The notes beneath the pieces were generated by a model. That model was given only the letters and a program-made list of their open reading frames with translations. It made no database searches and was not told where the DNA came from. A DNA stretch of 64,000 nucleotides from Candidatus Gastranaerophilales bacterium (lineage in GTDB: Bacteria > Cyanobacteriota > Vampirovibrionia > Gastranaerophilales > Gastranaerophilaceae): the NCBI GenBank assembly GCA_947624975.1, contig CANQMP010000002.1, positions 22,878 to 86,877 on the forward strand, written 5' to 3'. Positions within the stretch are counted from its first letter, which is position 1. Every line of letters begins with the position of its first letter. Shown here piece by piece: positions 49,183 to 59,450 of this stretch. Made by a program: the position numbers and the translations under genes.

Positions 49183-50442
49183 TTATAACATGTTTTTATT
49201 ATAATTTGCACTTATGCAGCCGTTGATAGCACTACATGCTGCCACGTATGGCGATGAAAGATAAATAAAACCTTTAACGTTTCCCATTCTTCCGCAAAAG
49301 TTTCTGTTTTGTGTTGCAAGACAAACTTCGCCGTCGGCTAATATTCCGGCATGAACCCCGACGCAAGGCCCGCAGCCCGGAGGTAATATCGCAGCTCCTG
49401 ATTCGACAAAAGTTTCAATTAAACCTTCTTTTAAAGCTTGCAGATATATTGATTTTGATGCGGGACAAATTAACAGTCTGACATCTTTGTGAACTTTTTT
49501 ACCTTTTAAAATTTCCGATGCAACCCGTAAATCTTCAATTCTTCCGTTTGTACAAGTTCCGATGTAAACCTGATTAACTTTTATATTTTCCAATTCATCA
49601 ACGGTTTTTGTGTTATCTACTGTGTGCGGGCATGAAACTGTATGTTTTACATCTCCCGCATTAATTTTAATAATTCTTTCATAAACTGCATCGTCATCGG
49701 GTTTAAGGGTTTTAAATTTATCTTCACGACCGTGCTGTTTCAAAAATTCTTTTGTCTTTTCATCCGCAACAAAAAGCCCCGCCTTTGCACCTGCTTCAAC
49801 AGCCATGTTCGCAAGGGTAAAACGTTCTGACATTTCCATATTGTTAATTGTTTCACCGCAAAATTCCAAAGCTTTGTATGTCGCACCGTCAGCACCTATC
49901 ATGCCGATAAGATGGAGCATTAAATCTTTTGAACAAATTCCTTTATTAAATTTTCCGTTAACTTCAATTTTAAATGTGGCGGGAACTTTCAACCAGGTTT
50001 TGCCTAATGCCATGGCAACTGCTATATCTGTTGAACCCATACCTGTTGCAAAAGCCCCCAAAGCACCTGACGTGCAGGTGTGAGAATCCGCGCCGAGCAA
50101 GATTTCACAAGGGTTTACGAAAGATTCTACAAGCCTTTGATGACAAACGCCTTCGCCGACATCCGATAAAATTGCGCCGTAATCCTTTGCAAATTCGCGC
50201 AAAACCTTGTGGGTGTCGGAGAGTTCTTTTCTGGGACTCGGTGCTGCATGGTCTATAAAAAGTATGGTTCGTTTCGGATTAAACAGCTTTTCTTTACCGA
50301 GTTTTTTGAACTCTTGAACGGTTAATGGTCCTGTACCGTCTTGAACAGCCGTTACATCAACATTTGCAATGACAAGTTCGCCAGCCTTAACACTTTTACC
50401 TGAATGTTCCGAAATGATTTTTTCCGCAAGAGTTTGTCCCAT
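49183..50442 (-). CDS. leuC: 3-isopropylmalate dehydratase / homoaconitase large subunit (short archaeal-type)
   Basis: MGQTLAEKI, DHAAP, GVCHQ, GADSHTCT.GA.GAFATG.GSTD, GTCTNGR, PGCGPC, NRNF.GRMG. Confidence 0.88.
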   Translation of the reverse strand: MGQTLAEKIISEHSGKSVKAGELVIANVDVTAVQDGTGPLTVQEFKKLGKEKLFNPKRTILFIDHAAPSPRKELSDTHKVLREFAKDYGAILSDVGEGVCHQRLVESFVNPCEILLGADSHTCTSGALGAFATGMGSTDIAVAMALGKTWLKVPATFKIEVNGKFNKGICSKDLMLHLIGMIGADGATYKALEFCGETINNMEMSERFTLANMAVEAGAKAGLFVADEKTKEFLKQHGREDKFKTLKPDDDAVYERIIKINAGDVKHTVSCPHTVDNTKTVDELENIKVNQVYIGTCTNGRIEDLRVASEILKGKKVHKDVRLLICPASKSIYLQALKEGLIETFVESGAAILPPGCGPCVGVHAGILADGEVCLATQNRNFCGRMGNVKGFIYLSSPYVAACSAINGCISANYNKNML

Positions 50443-50494
50443 AAAAAATCTCCTTTTTCACTTTGATTTTATCATGAAAAAGGAAATTGATATA

Positions 50495-51823
50495 TTATGA
50501 GAAGATTTTGAAAGTTGTTTCGACGTTTTTGTCAACGACCGATTTAACCGAATCATATTCCGTTTGTAATGCACGGTGTTCGGTATCAAGTTTGTTTAAT
50601 TCCAAATCAAGTCTTTTATCTTTTCTTTCTATGTCAGCCATATCCTGATTATATTTTGTTTCGGCTTCTGCGATTTTTCTTTCGTCTTTAACTTCCTGAA
50701 TACAGTTGTCATCGGAAATTGAAGTTGATTTAAAGGTTTTATCCGCTGTCGAATAGTATTCAATTCTTAATGTTCCGTTTTTCAGAGCTGATTCAAATGT
50801 GAAGTTATCTTTGAGCGGGTTTTTCGCGATTTTGTTTGTGCCTTTTGTATTTTCGGAGTAAATATAGTTGTCATTTGCTTTTGCGGCTGTGTCGGTGTAG
50901 GTAAAGAATCCCGAAGACATGATTTTGTTGAAAATATTTCTGTAATATTTTATTGCGGAATTGTTTGCCGAATCATTTGCGGATTTTAATCCGGATATAT
51001 TGTATCTCGGGCTTAAATATGCTTCGGTTAATGCCATTGCATAATCGTATAATTCTCTTGATTCTTGTGTTGTACCTTCGTAATTTATCGGGTCATAAAT
51101 GTAGTTGCCACTTCCGTCCTGAATGTATCTTGGATTTTCTATATCATCAATAGTAATTTGGTTACCGTTTTCATCAAGTTCGGGGTTTCCTTCTTCATCC
51201 AGTAATGTTTTCTTATTATAAACGACATTACCGCTTGCATCTGTTTCAACTCTTTTGTATCCTGCATAACCGTAACCGTCATTTGTGGTTGTCCATCCGT
51301 AGCCGAAGTTGTGAGGTGCCGTATAATCTATATCATCACCGATGGATTCATAATATTTATCCCAGGCATCATGGATTTTCTTTTCAGCTGCCGCTTGTTC
51401 ATCAGTTCTGTTATCTAAATTTGTGTAATTCATTTTAACATTAATATCGGCTTGCGAATATCCCAGTATTGTCAAAAATTGGTTAAAGTTTCCGTGAGAT
51501 TGACGGAACGCATCGGCGACATTTTCCGTTAAAAGAATTCTGCCTTTTGTATCCGTAATTGCGTATTGTTTGTTTGTTTCCGACATTTGAAGTCCGGTCA
51601 TAAGGTTGTAGGAAATATCTTCATAGTTTGCAATAGCGCCGTTAAAGCCTGTCAAAACCGTTAACTTTGTTGTACTAAGGGCTTCATTGTACTCGTTTGT
51701 CAGCTGTTCTGTTTGATCTGCAAGCCTTTGTTTGGAATAAGAAATATCCTGTCCTGAATTTTCGTTATTCGTCAGTCTGGCTGTAATGCTTAATAATCTC
51801 GCTTGTGATGCTGCCATTCCCAT
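50495..51823 (-). CDS. Hypothetical 'MGMAASQARLL' protein with helical termini and variable core
   Basis: 442-aa ORF; heptad-like N- and C-termini, no Sec signal, one Cys. Confidence 0.8.
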   Translation of the reverse strand: MGMAASQARLLSITARLTNNENSGQDISYSKQRLADQTEQLTNEYNEALSTTKLTVLTGFNGAIANYEDISYNLMTGLQMSETNKQYAITDTKGRILLTENVADAFRQSHGNFNQFLTILGYSQADINVKMNYTNLDNRTDEQAAAEKKIHDAWDKYYESIGDDIDYTAPHNFGYGWTTTNDGYGYAGYKRVETDASGNVVYNKKTLLDEEGNPELDENGNQITIDDIENPRYIQDGSGNYIYDPINYEGTTQESRELYDYAMALTEAYLSPRYNISGLKSANDSANNSAIKYYRNIFNKIMSSGFFTYTDTAAKANDNYIYSENTKGTNKIAKNPLKDNFTFESALKNGTLRIEYYSTADKTFKSTSISDDNCIQEVKDERKIAEAETKYNQDMADIERKDKRLDLELNKLDTEHRALQTEYDSVKSVVDKNVETTFKIFS

Positions 51824-51857
51824 GATAGTTTTTCCTTATAATAGTACCTGTAATCTT

Positions 51858-51886
51858 ATCTACGGTCTTTTTGTGCAAAAACTTTA
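51858..51886 (-). promoter_or_regulatory. Putative sigma28-like promoter
   Basis: TAAAGTTT-N12-ACCGTAGA about 35 nt before ATG 51823; same spacing as 60235-60262. Confidence 0.5.
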
Positions 51887-52012
51887 ATAATTCGCGGATA
51901 TTATTAAGAACTTGTAACAATTTTTAAGCTTAATCTTAACAAAAACTTCATAAAGTATTTAAAAATTTGTTTGTTTAAGTTAATCTAATATGTTGTTGAA
52001 TGGAGATGTAAA

Positions 52013-53389
52013 ATGTATAACGTAGCGATAATAGGAGCAGGCCCCGCAGGAATTTTTGCGGCTTTGGAAATAATGAAATTAAAACCTGACTGGAAAGTGG
52101 TTTTGATAGAAAAAGGACAGCGTATTGAAAAACGTAAATGTCTGCTTCGTGAGGGTTGGGACAAGTGTCCGACTTGCAAAAAATGCGGTTTGCTTTGCGG
52201 TTGGGGCGGTGCAGGTGCTTTTTCAGACGGTAAATTAACATTAACCCCCGATGTCGGCGGTCATCTTGTGGATTATATGAACAGAGATAAGGTCGAAGAT
52301 TTAATCGCTTACGCAGACAAATTATATCTTGATTTCGGTGCAACGGATGAAGTTTTCGGAACTGATGTAAATACTTTCAGAGAACTTGAAAGACAGGCAT
52401 CACTTGCGGAGTTGAAACTCGTTTATTCACCCGTCAGACATTTGGGGACGGAAAGAAGTTTGAATGTCTTAAAAAGCATGCAGGATTATCTTGATAAGAA
52501 AATTACGATAATCAACGATGTTTCCGCCCGTTCGCTTATCGTTGAATGTAATCAGGTCAAAGGTATTGAGCTTGATAACGGTGAAACGATTTGTGCGGAA
52601 TATACAATAATAGCCCCCGGCAGAGAGGGTGCTGACTGGCTTACGCAGGAATTTTCAAAAAACAAAATCGGAATGGTTAATAATGCGGTCGATGTCGGTG
52701 TTCGTGTAGAGCTTCCCGCTCCCGTTTTTGAGCCGTTGACGGACAAATTGTATGAATCGAAATTGATTTATCATTCGCCGACTTTCGGAGATGAGGTAAG
52801 AACTTTCTGTATGAACCCGAACGGTGAAGTCGTTCAAGAGAATTATAACGGAATTTCAACGGTTAACGGTCACAGCTATGCCGAAAAAACTACAAATAAC
52901 ACAAATTTTGCACTGCTTGTCAGCGAAAAATTTACCGAACCTTTTAAAGAACCCATTCAATACGGTCAGCATATTGCAAGGCTTGCGAACATGCTTGCGG
53001 GCGGAATTTTAGTTCAGCGTTTCGGCGATTTGCTTGACGGACGGCGTTCTACACCAGACAGAATTAAAGCAAGCATAATTAAACCGACGCTCACAAGTGC
53101 GACCCCCGGAGATTTGAGCCTTGTTATTCCTTACAGACAGATGACAAGTATTATTGAAATGCTTTACGCTCTGGATAAAATTTGCCCCGGAGCGGCTTCA
53201 AGATACACGCTTCTTTACGGTATAGAGGTTAAATTCTACTCAGCACGCGTAAAACTTACCGACAAACTTGAAACCGAAGGCGTTAAAAACCTGTTTGCTA
53301 TCGGAGATGGTGCGGGTGTAACCAGAGGACTTATACAGGCTTCCGCATCGGGTGTTTATGCCGCAAGAACGATTTGCGAAAGAGGTTAG
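52013..53389 (+). CDS. NAD(P)/FAD-dependent oxidoreductase (uncharacterised family) with Cys cluster
   Basis: [51 protein letters not shown]. Confidence 0.88.
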   Translation: MYNVAIIGAGPAGIFAALEIMKLKPDWKVVLIEKGQRIEKRKCLLREGWDKCPTCKKCGLLCGWGGAGAFSDGKLTLTPDVGGHLVDYMNRDKVEDLIAYADKLYLDFGATDEVFGTDVNTFRELERQASLAELKLVYSPVRHLGTERSLNVLKSMQDYLDKKITIINDVSARSLIVECNQVKGIELDNGETICAEYTIIAPGREGADWLTQEFSKNKIGMVNNAVDVGVRVELPAPVFEPLTDKLYESKLIYHSPTFGDEVRTFCMNPNGEVVQENYNGISTVNGHSYAEKTTNNTNFALLVSEKFTEPFKEPIQYGQHIARLANMLAGGILVQRFGDLLDGRRSTPDRIKASIIKPTLTSATPGDLSLVIPYRQMTSIIEMLYALDKICPGAASRYTLLYGIEVKFYSARVKLTDKLETEGVKNLFAIGDGAGVTRGLIQASASGVYAARTICERG

Positions 53390-54261
53390 AGTAAATTCCT
53401 CAAATATGTATAATACTCGTTATTTTTGTACTGTTCAATATTTTTGAGCAGAGTTTCTGCCGATAAAAATCCCATTCTGTAAGCAATTTCTTCAAGGCAG
53501 GCAATTTTTATACCCTGATTTTCCTCTATTGTTTTTACATACTGACTTGCTTGCAAAAGTGAATGGTGTGTCCCCGTATCGAGCCATGCAAAACCGCGTC
53601 CGAGAAGTTCTACGTTTAACGAATTATTTTTGAGATAAATATTGTTCAAATCCGTTATTTCAAGTTCGCCTCTGGCTGAGGGTTTCAAGCTCTTTGCATA
53701 TTTAACGGCTTTGTTATCGTAAAAATATAATCCCGTAACCGCATATTTTGATTTCGGATTTTGCGGTTTTTCTTCAAGTGATACGACTTTTCCGTTATCA
53801 TCAAATTCAACGACACCGAATCTTTGCGGATCTTTTACGGGGTATCCGAAAACGGTCGCTCCTCCTTTTGTTTCAATTCTTTTTACCACATTTTTCAAAA
53901 TACCCGAAAATCCTCCGCCGTAAAAAATGTTATCGCCGAGGATTAGTGCGGAATTGTCGTTTCCGATGAAATCTTCCCCGAGAATAAATGCTTGTGCAAG
54001 TCCGTCCGGTGAAGGCTGAACTTTATATGAAAACTTTACGCCAAATTGACTTCCGTCTTTTAAAAGTCTTTCAAAATTAGGTAAATCCTCGGGAGTTGAG
54101 ATGATAAGAATTTCTTTTATCCCCGCAAGCATGAGAACCGAAATCGGATGATAAATCATCGGTTTATCGTAAATCGGTAAAAGTTGTTTTGAAACCGAAA
54201 TTGTACTCGGGTAAAGTCTTGTGCCCGCTCCGCCTGCTAATACTATTCCTTTCATAATCAC
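53386..54261 (-). CDS. rfbA: Glucose-1-phosphate thymidylyltransferase
   Basis: [52 protein letters not shown]. Confidence 0.97.
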   Translation of the reverse strand: MIMKGIVLAGGAGTRLYPSTISVSKQLLPIYDKPMIYHPISVLMLAGIKEILIISTPEDLPNFERLLKDGSQFGVKFSYKVQPSPDGLAQAFILGEDFIGNDNSALILGDNIFYGGGFSGILKNVVKRIETKGGATVFGYPVKDPQRFGVVEFDDNGKVVSLEEKPQNPKSKYAVTGLYFYDNKAVKYAKSLKPSARGELEITDLNNIYLKNNSLNVELLGRGFAWLDTGTHHSLLQASQYVKTIEENQGIKIACLEEIAYRMGFLSAETLLKNIEQYKNNEYYTYLRNLL

Positions 54262-54307
54262 TCCTTTTTATTTGATTATATTGTAAAAATAGTATTTTGC
54301 AAGGAGC

Positions 54308-54832
54308 TTATTCTATTTCAAATTTTTCTGCTTCTTTGTTAACGAGTTCCATGTATTTTTTGTTATTTTGTTCGGCAAATTCAACCGCATTTTTCCTTGT
54401 ATCTTCTCGTGTTGCGTTTTCAGATACGTAAAATCTTTTTGCAAACCCGAATTTTTCAAGTTCGTTTTTACCTTTTTTAAAAACTATTGCAGAGTATTCG
54501 TAATAATCGTTTGCGGGTTTGAGATATCCGACAACACCCGCATCAGGGTACACAAGCACCGAGGCTGAAGGGTTTTCCGATTGAATTTCGTGTGCAAATT
54601 CGGCTGCGGCTTCCGTTGCACTCTGCATATCCGTTACCTCTTTTAAGTTCAATTTTGTGTGCCAATTTCCGATATTTTCATCTTTTAAAAGATAATCGTA
54701 ATCCTTTGTTATGCTGTCAGGATTTGATAAATGATAAGTTTCTCCGTCAAATTTAATTTTGTTTTCCATAGCCTCTCCCGTTTGTGCCAAAACCATAAAA
54801 TTCAGCAATAATATCAGCAATATTTTTTTCAT
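54308..54832 (-). CDS. Hypothetical exported protein
   Basis: Signal peptide MKKILLILLLNFMVLAQTGEA. Confidence 0.7.
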   Translation of the reverse strand: MKKILLILLLNFMVLAQTGEAMENKIKFDGETYHLSNPDSITKDYDYLLKDENIGNWHTKLNLKEVTDMQSATEAAAEFAHEIQSENPSASVLVYPDAGVVGYLKPANDYYEYSAIVFKKGKNELEKFGFAKRFYVSENATREDTRKNAVEFAEQNNKKYMELVNKEAEKFEIE

Positions 54833-54937
54833 TTGTTCTCACCTCTGATATATTATTTTATGATATTTGTTAATAATTCTATTGCCCATATTGTTAGTAA
54901 ATGTATTTTTATGTATAATTATAGCGGGAGGTAAATT

Positions 54938-55483
54938 ATGCCGTTTGAATTTGAAAAACAAGCAATAGAGGATGTAATTCTTGTAAAACCCAAATTAATG
55001 GGAGATAATCGCGGTTTTTTTATGGAAACTTATAAAAAATCGGATTTTTTCGCAAACGGTATAAATGTAGAGTTTGTTCAGGATAATCATTCAAAATCAT
55101 GCTCTCATGTTTTACGCGGACTGCATTTTCAAAAACCTCCTTACGCTCAGGCAAAGCTTGTAAGATGTTCAAAGGGTAAAATTTACGATGTTGCGGTTGA
55201 TTTGAGAAAGAATTCAAAGACTTTTGCAAAATACGTGAGAATTGAGTTATCCGAAGAAAACAAACATTTACTCTATATTCCTGAAGGTTTTGCACACGGG
55301 TTTGTTGTACTGTCTGATTTTGCGGAAATTATCTATAAAACGAGCAGTGAGTATAATCCTAATGCGGACTGCGGGATTTTTTGGCGTGATAAAGATTTGA
55401 ATGTTGACTGGGGAATTGATTTTGAACCGATATTGTCGGAAAAAGACAAATGTCAACCCGAATTTAAGGAGATTATATTATGA
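54938..55483 (+). CDS. rfbC: dTDP-4-dehydrorhamnose 3,5-epimerase
   Basis: DNRGFF, FVQDNHS.S..VLRGLHFQ, QAKLVRC, GFAHGF. Confidence 0.96.
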   Translation: MPFEFEKQAIEDVILVKPKLMGDNRGFFMETYKKSDFFANGINVEFVQDNHSKSCSHVLRGLHFQKPPYAQAKLVRCSKGKIYDVAVDLRKNSKTFAKYVRIELSEENKHLLYIPEGFAHGFVVLSDFAEIIYKTSSEYNPNADCGIFWRDKDLNVDWGIDFEPILSEKDKCQPEFKEIIL

Positions 55484-56460
55484 AAATACTTGTAACAGGC
55501 GGTGCAGGATTTATCGGAAGCTGTTTTGTAAGGAGAATGCTTAAAGAGCATCCTCAATACAAAATTATAAATCTTGATGCATTGACTTATGCGGGAAATA
55601 TCGAAAATCTTAATGATGTTAAAGATAATCCGAATTATACGTTTGTTCACGGGAATATTTGCGACAAAAAACTAGTTCCGCAGTTGGTTGAAGGGGTTGA
55701 TGCGGTTGTGAATTTTGCGGCAGAAAGTCACGTTGACCGCTCGATTACGGGGCCTGAAATATTTATTGAAACAAATGTTAAAGGGACTTTAAATCTTTTG
55801 CAGGCTGCAAAACAGTTTAATATTGAAAGATATTTGCAGGTTTCAACCGATGAAGTTTACGGAACTTTAGGAAAAACGGGCTATTTCACGGAAACGACAC
55901 CGCTTGCACCAAACAGTCCTTATTCTGCTTCAAAAGCTTCTGCCGATATGCTTGTCAGAGCTTATTATGAAACTTATAAAATGCCTGTGTTAACGACAAG
56001 ATGTTCCAACAATTACGGACCTTATCAATATCCCGAAAAACTTATTCCGTTTTTCATTTCAAAACTTTTGCGAGGTGAAAAAGTTCCCGTATACGGCGAC
56101 GGTTTAAATGTTCGTGACTGGTTATTTGTTTATGACCATTGTGCGGCTATCGATACGGTCTTACATAAAGGCAGAACGGGCGAAGTCTACAATATCGGCG
56201 GTCATAACGAAAAAACAAATATCGAGATTACAAAATTAATTCTTGAGGCTATGGGTAAAGACGAAACCTCTATCGAATACGTTAAAGACAGGCTCGGGCA
56301 TGACAGACGTTACGCCATCAGCAACGACAAAATTCAATCGGAACTCGGCTGGAAACCGTCTTTGACTTTTGAAGAAGGTATTAAGCTCACTATTGATTGG
56401 TATTTGAATAATCAGGACTGGATTAAAAAAATAGAGGCTAAAAAAGAGGTGCTTGTATGA
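55480..56460 (+). CDS. rfbB: dTDP-glucose 4,6-dehydratase
   Basis: TGGAGFIGS, NFAAESHVDRSI, STDEVYG, SPYSASKAS, RCSNNYGPYQ.PEK. Confidence 0.97.
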   Translation: MKILVTGGAGFIGSCFVRRMLKEHPQYKIINLDALTYAGNIENLNDVKDNPNYTFVHGNICDKKLVPQLVEGVDAVVNFAAESHVDRSITGPEIFIETNVKGTLNLLQAAKQFNIERYLQVSTDEVYGTLGKTGYFTETTPLAPNSPYSASKASADMLVRAYYETYKMPVLTTRCSNNYGPYQYPEKLIPFFISKLLRGEKVPVYGDGLNVRDWLFVYDHCAAIDTVLHKGRTGEVYNIGGHNEKTNIEITKLILEAMGKDETSIEYVKDRLGHDRRYAISNDKIQSELGWKPSLTFEEGIKLTIDWYLNNQDWIKKIEAKKEVLV

Positions 56461-57275
56461 AGGTTCTTGTAACCGGTGCAAACGGCATGCTGGGTCAGGA
56501 TTTATGCCCTGTTTTTGAAGATGCCGGTGCTTTTGTTATTGAAACTGATGCAGATACGCTTGATATTACGGATAAAGAAACGGTTGATAAAGTTTTAAAT
56601 GACATTCATCCCGATTTGGTTGTGCATTGTGCCGCTTATACCAACGTTGATAAGGCTGAGGAAGATTTAAAAACGGCAAGACTTATAAATTCCAACGGCA
56701 CGGAAAATATTGCCAAAGCTTGCGGAAAGCTCGGGATTACTCCGGTTTATATTTCAACGGATTACGTGTTTGACGGCACGAAAAATGAACCTTACATGCC
56801 TGATGACAAGCCAAATCCCCTAAACAATTACGGTTTGACAAAGCTTGAAGGTGAAAACGCAGTCAAAAAATATTGTGAAAAATATTATATTGCAAGGACT
56901 TCGTGGCTTTACGGTCATCACGGTAAAAATTTTGTTGAAACTATGCTTTCATTAGCCGATAGACCTGAAATTAAAGTCGTTGACGACCAGATAGGCTGTC
57001 CGACATGGACTGTAGAGCTTGCAAACGGTATTTTGAAACTTCTTTCAAAACCTTACGGAACTTACCATGTTTGCGGGTCGGGATTTGTGAGCTGGTTTGG
57101 GTTTGCAAAAGAAATCTTTGAACGCAGCGGGTTAAAAGTAAACCTTTTGCCATGCAAAACGGATGAATTCCCACGTCCTGCAAAACGCCCGCATTACAGC
57201 GTTATGGAAAACAATTCCCTATGCAGAAACTGGCAGAGTGCATTGCAAGATTATTTAAAACTCAGGGATTTTTAA
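56457..57275 (+). CDS. rfbD: dTDP-4-dehydrorhamnose reductase
   Basis: TGANGMLG, CAAYTNVD.AE, STDYVFDG, YG.TK..GE, VDDQIGCPT. Confidence 0.96.
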   Translation: MKVLVTGANGMLGQDLCPVFEDAGAFVIETDADTLDITDKETVDKVLNDIHPDLVVHCAAYTNVDKAEEDLKTARLINSNGTENIAKACGKLGITPVYISTDYVFDGTKNEPYMPDDKPNPLNNYGLTKLEGENAVKKYCEKYYIARTSWLYGHHGKNFVETMLSLADRPEIKVVDDQIGCPTWTVELANGILKLLSKPYGTYHVCGSGFVSWFGFAKEIFERSGLKVNLLPCKTDEFPRPAKRPHYSVMENNSLCRNWQSALQDYLKLRDF

Positions 57276-58219
57276 TTTTCTATCAAAAGGCTTGCCCCTA
57301 TAACGCCTGCCGTGTTGCCCAACTGAGCGGGAACGATTTGAACGGCTTCGCCTGCAATTTTCATCGCACGTTTTTTGAGCGTATCTGCAAGCGGTTTCAA
57401 AAGCCATTCGCCTGCATCTGCAACACCGCCGCCGACAATTATTCTTTCGGGGTTCAAAAGATTAACCACGCCTGCCATACCTATTCCGATGTATTCTCCG
57501 ATTATGGCAAAAATCCTTTGAGCAACGGGGTCGCCTGATTTTGCGGCTTCACATACTATGTAAGGTGTTATCGGATCACGATTAGCCATTTCTCTGAATT
57601 TTGCGGATTTACCGCCTTTTATATAAGTTTCAGCCATTGCAACTATTGAGGGGCCTGATGCAAAAGCTTCCATACAACCCGTATCTCCGCATCCGCAAAT
57701 CGGGCCGTCATGCATTTGTAATTTGATATGACCGATTTCTCCTGCTGCGTTTGATGCTCCGCGAACGAGTTTTCCGTTTATTATGAGTCCCGAACCTATT
57801 CCTGTTCCGACGGTTATACAAATCAGATTTTCACAGCCTTTGCCCGCTCCGTAGTTAAGTTCGCCGAGTGCCGCACATCTTACGTCGTTATCCACTCTTG
57901 TCGGAATGTGAAATTCATCTTCAATTAATTTCGCAATAGGAATTTCTACCCAGCCGGGGATGTTCGGGGCATTTCTAACAATTCCCGCTTTATAATCCAC
58001 CTGTCCCGGGAATCCGAAACCTATTCCTTCAACATCTTTATTTTTTAATTTTGTGTCTTTTAAAAGGTCATATATAGCCTGTTTGATATTGCTTATCGTG
58101 TATTCATACCCCATCTCGGCACGTGTGGGTGTGGAATTTGAATATAAAATACTTCCTTTTTCATCGACCAGTGCTATTTTTACGTTTGTTCCGCCAACGT
58201 CTATTCCTATTCTGTTCAT
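57272..58219 (-). CDS. ROK-family sugar kinase (glucokinase)
   Basis: GIDVGGT, DNDVRCAALGE, VGTGIGSG, AGEIGH, CGCG..GCMEA.ASG. Confidence 0.92.
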   Translation of the reverse strand: MNRIGIDVGGTNVKIALVDEKGSILYSNSTPTRAEMGYEYTISNIKQAIYDLLKDTKLKNKDVEGIGFGFPGQVDYKAGIVRNAPNIPGWVEIPIAKLIEDEFHIPTRVDNDVRCAALGELNYGAGKGCENLICITVGTGIGSGLIINGKLVRGASNAAGEIGHIKLQMHDGPICGCGDTGCMEAFASGPSIVAMAETYIKGGKSAKFREMANRDPITPYIVCEAAKSGDPVAQRIFAIIGEYIGIGMAGVVNLLNPERIIVGGGVADAGEWLLKPLADTLKKRAMKIAGEAVQIVPAQLGNTAGVIGASLLIEN

Positions 58220-58315
58220 TTATTTTCTCCCTTATATTTCTAATTTTATAACAAAAATTACAATAAACAATTATTAAATTGAAATTATCATTAAAAAGTG
58301 TGGTATAATATAAAT

Positions 58316-58792
58316 ATGTACAGGATAGGATTAGGGTACGACATACATAAATTGACACAGGGTCGGGATTTAATAATCGGTGGTGTAAAAATTACTCATG
58401 AAAAAGGGCTTTTGGGACACTCTGATGCCGATGTTTTAATTCATGCCATAATTGATGCGATGCTCGGGGCGTTGTGTATGTCTGACATCGGAACACTTTT
58501 CCCCGACAGCGATAAACTTTACAAAGACATAGACAGCACAATTCTTCTGAAAAAAGTTTATGCTCTGGTAAAAGAAAAAAAATTTGTAATAGAAAATATT
58601 GACAGTAATATTATTGCTCAAAAACCTAAAATGATGCCTTACATTCCGAAAATGAAAGAAGTTTTATGTTCAATACTAGAGCTTGAGCAGGACAAACTTT
58701 CTATTAAGGCAAAAACGAATGAAAAAATGGATGCGGTGGGACAGGAACTTGCTATCGAAGCCCATGCCGTTGTGCTTTTGAAAAATGATTAA
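58316..58792 (+). CDS. ispF: 2-C-methyl-D-erythritol 2,4-cyclodiphosphate synthase
   Basis: RIGLGYDIH, GHSDADV..HAIIDAMLGA, DIG..FPD, KAKTNE. Confidence 0.96.
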   Translation: MYRIGLGYDIHKLTQGRDLIIGGVKITHEKGLLGHSDADVLIHAIIDAMLGALCMSDIGTLFPDSDKLYKDIDSTILLKKVYALVKEKKFVIENIDSNIIAQKPKMMPYIPKMKEVLCSILELEQDKLSIKAKTNEKMDAVGQELAIEAHAVVLLKND

Positions 58793-59450
58793 AAATCTCA
58801 GACAAAGACTTGTTAATATATCCGAGGAAGGTTACAAAAGATTTTCTTCATCACTTTTGCCGAACGTTGATAATGTTTTGGGCGTAAGACTTCCGATTTT
58901 AAGAAAAATTGCCAAAGAAATATATAAAAGCGGCTGTTTTGAGGAATTCGTAAAAAATTATGATTGCAAATATATGGAAGAAACTATGCTTCAAGGGATG
59001 GTTATCGGGCTAATAAAATCATCCGACTGGCTTGATTATGTAAAATTATTTATCCCGAAAATCAATAACTGGTCTGTTTGTGACAGTTTTTGCTCGTGCT
59101 TAAAAATGACACTGCAAAATAAGAAATGCGTTTGGAATTTTATTCAGCCGTATTTTAAATCGGATGAATTTGGCAAACGATTTGCGTTTGTAATGCTTTT
59201 GACATATTTTATCGAAGATGAATTTATTGATGAAGTATTTAAACGTATTGATGAGTTTGATGACAAGCGTTATTATGCACAGATGGCTTGTGCGTGGGCA
59301 GTTTCCGTGTGTTTTGCAAAATATCCGCAAAAAACTCTTAACTACATGAAAAATTCTAAGCTCAACAGTACAGCTTATAAAAAATCCGTTCAAAAAATCC
59401 GTGAATCTTTACGTGTGGATTTAAAAACGAAAGAGATGTTAAAGTCTTAA
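58785..59450 (+). CDS. DNA alkylation repair (AlkD-like) protein
   Basis: LGVRLP.LRKIAK, INNW.VCD, YYAQMACAWA.S. Confidence 0.85.
   Translation: MIKNLRQRLVNISEEGYKRFSSSLLPNVDNVLGVRLPILRKIAKEIYKSGCFEEFVKNYDCKYMEETMLQGMVIGLIKSSDWLDYVKLFIPKINNWSVCDSFCSCLKMTLQNKKCVWNFIQPYFKSDEFGKRFAFVMLLTYFIEDEFIDEVFKRIDEFDDKRYYAQMACAWAVSVCFAKYPQKTLNYMKNSKLNSTAYKKSVQKIRESLRVDLKTKEMLKS

Noticed and set aside
48880-49188. 102-aa ORF in the ORF track
   Set aside because: It spans repeat modules and is most likely spurious.
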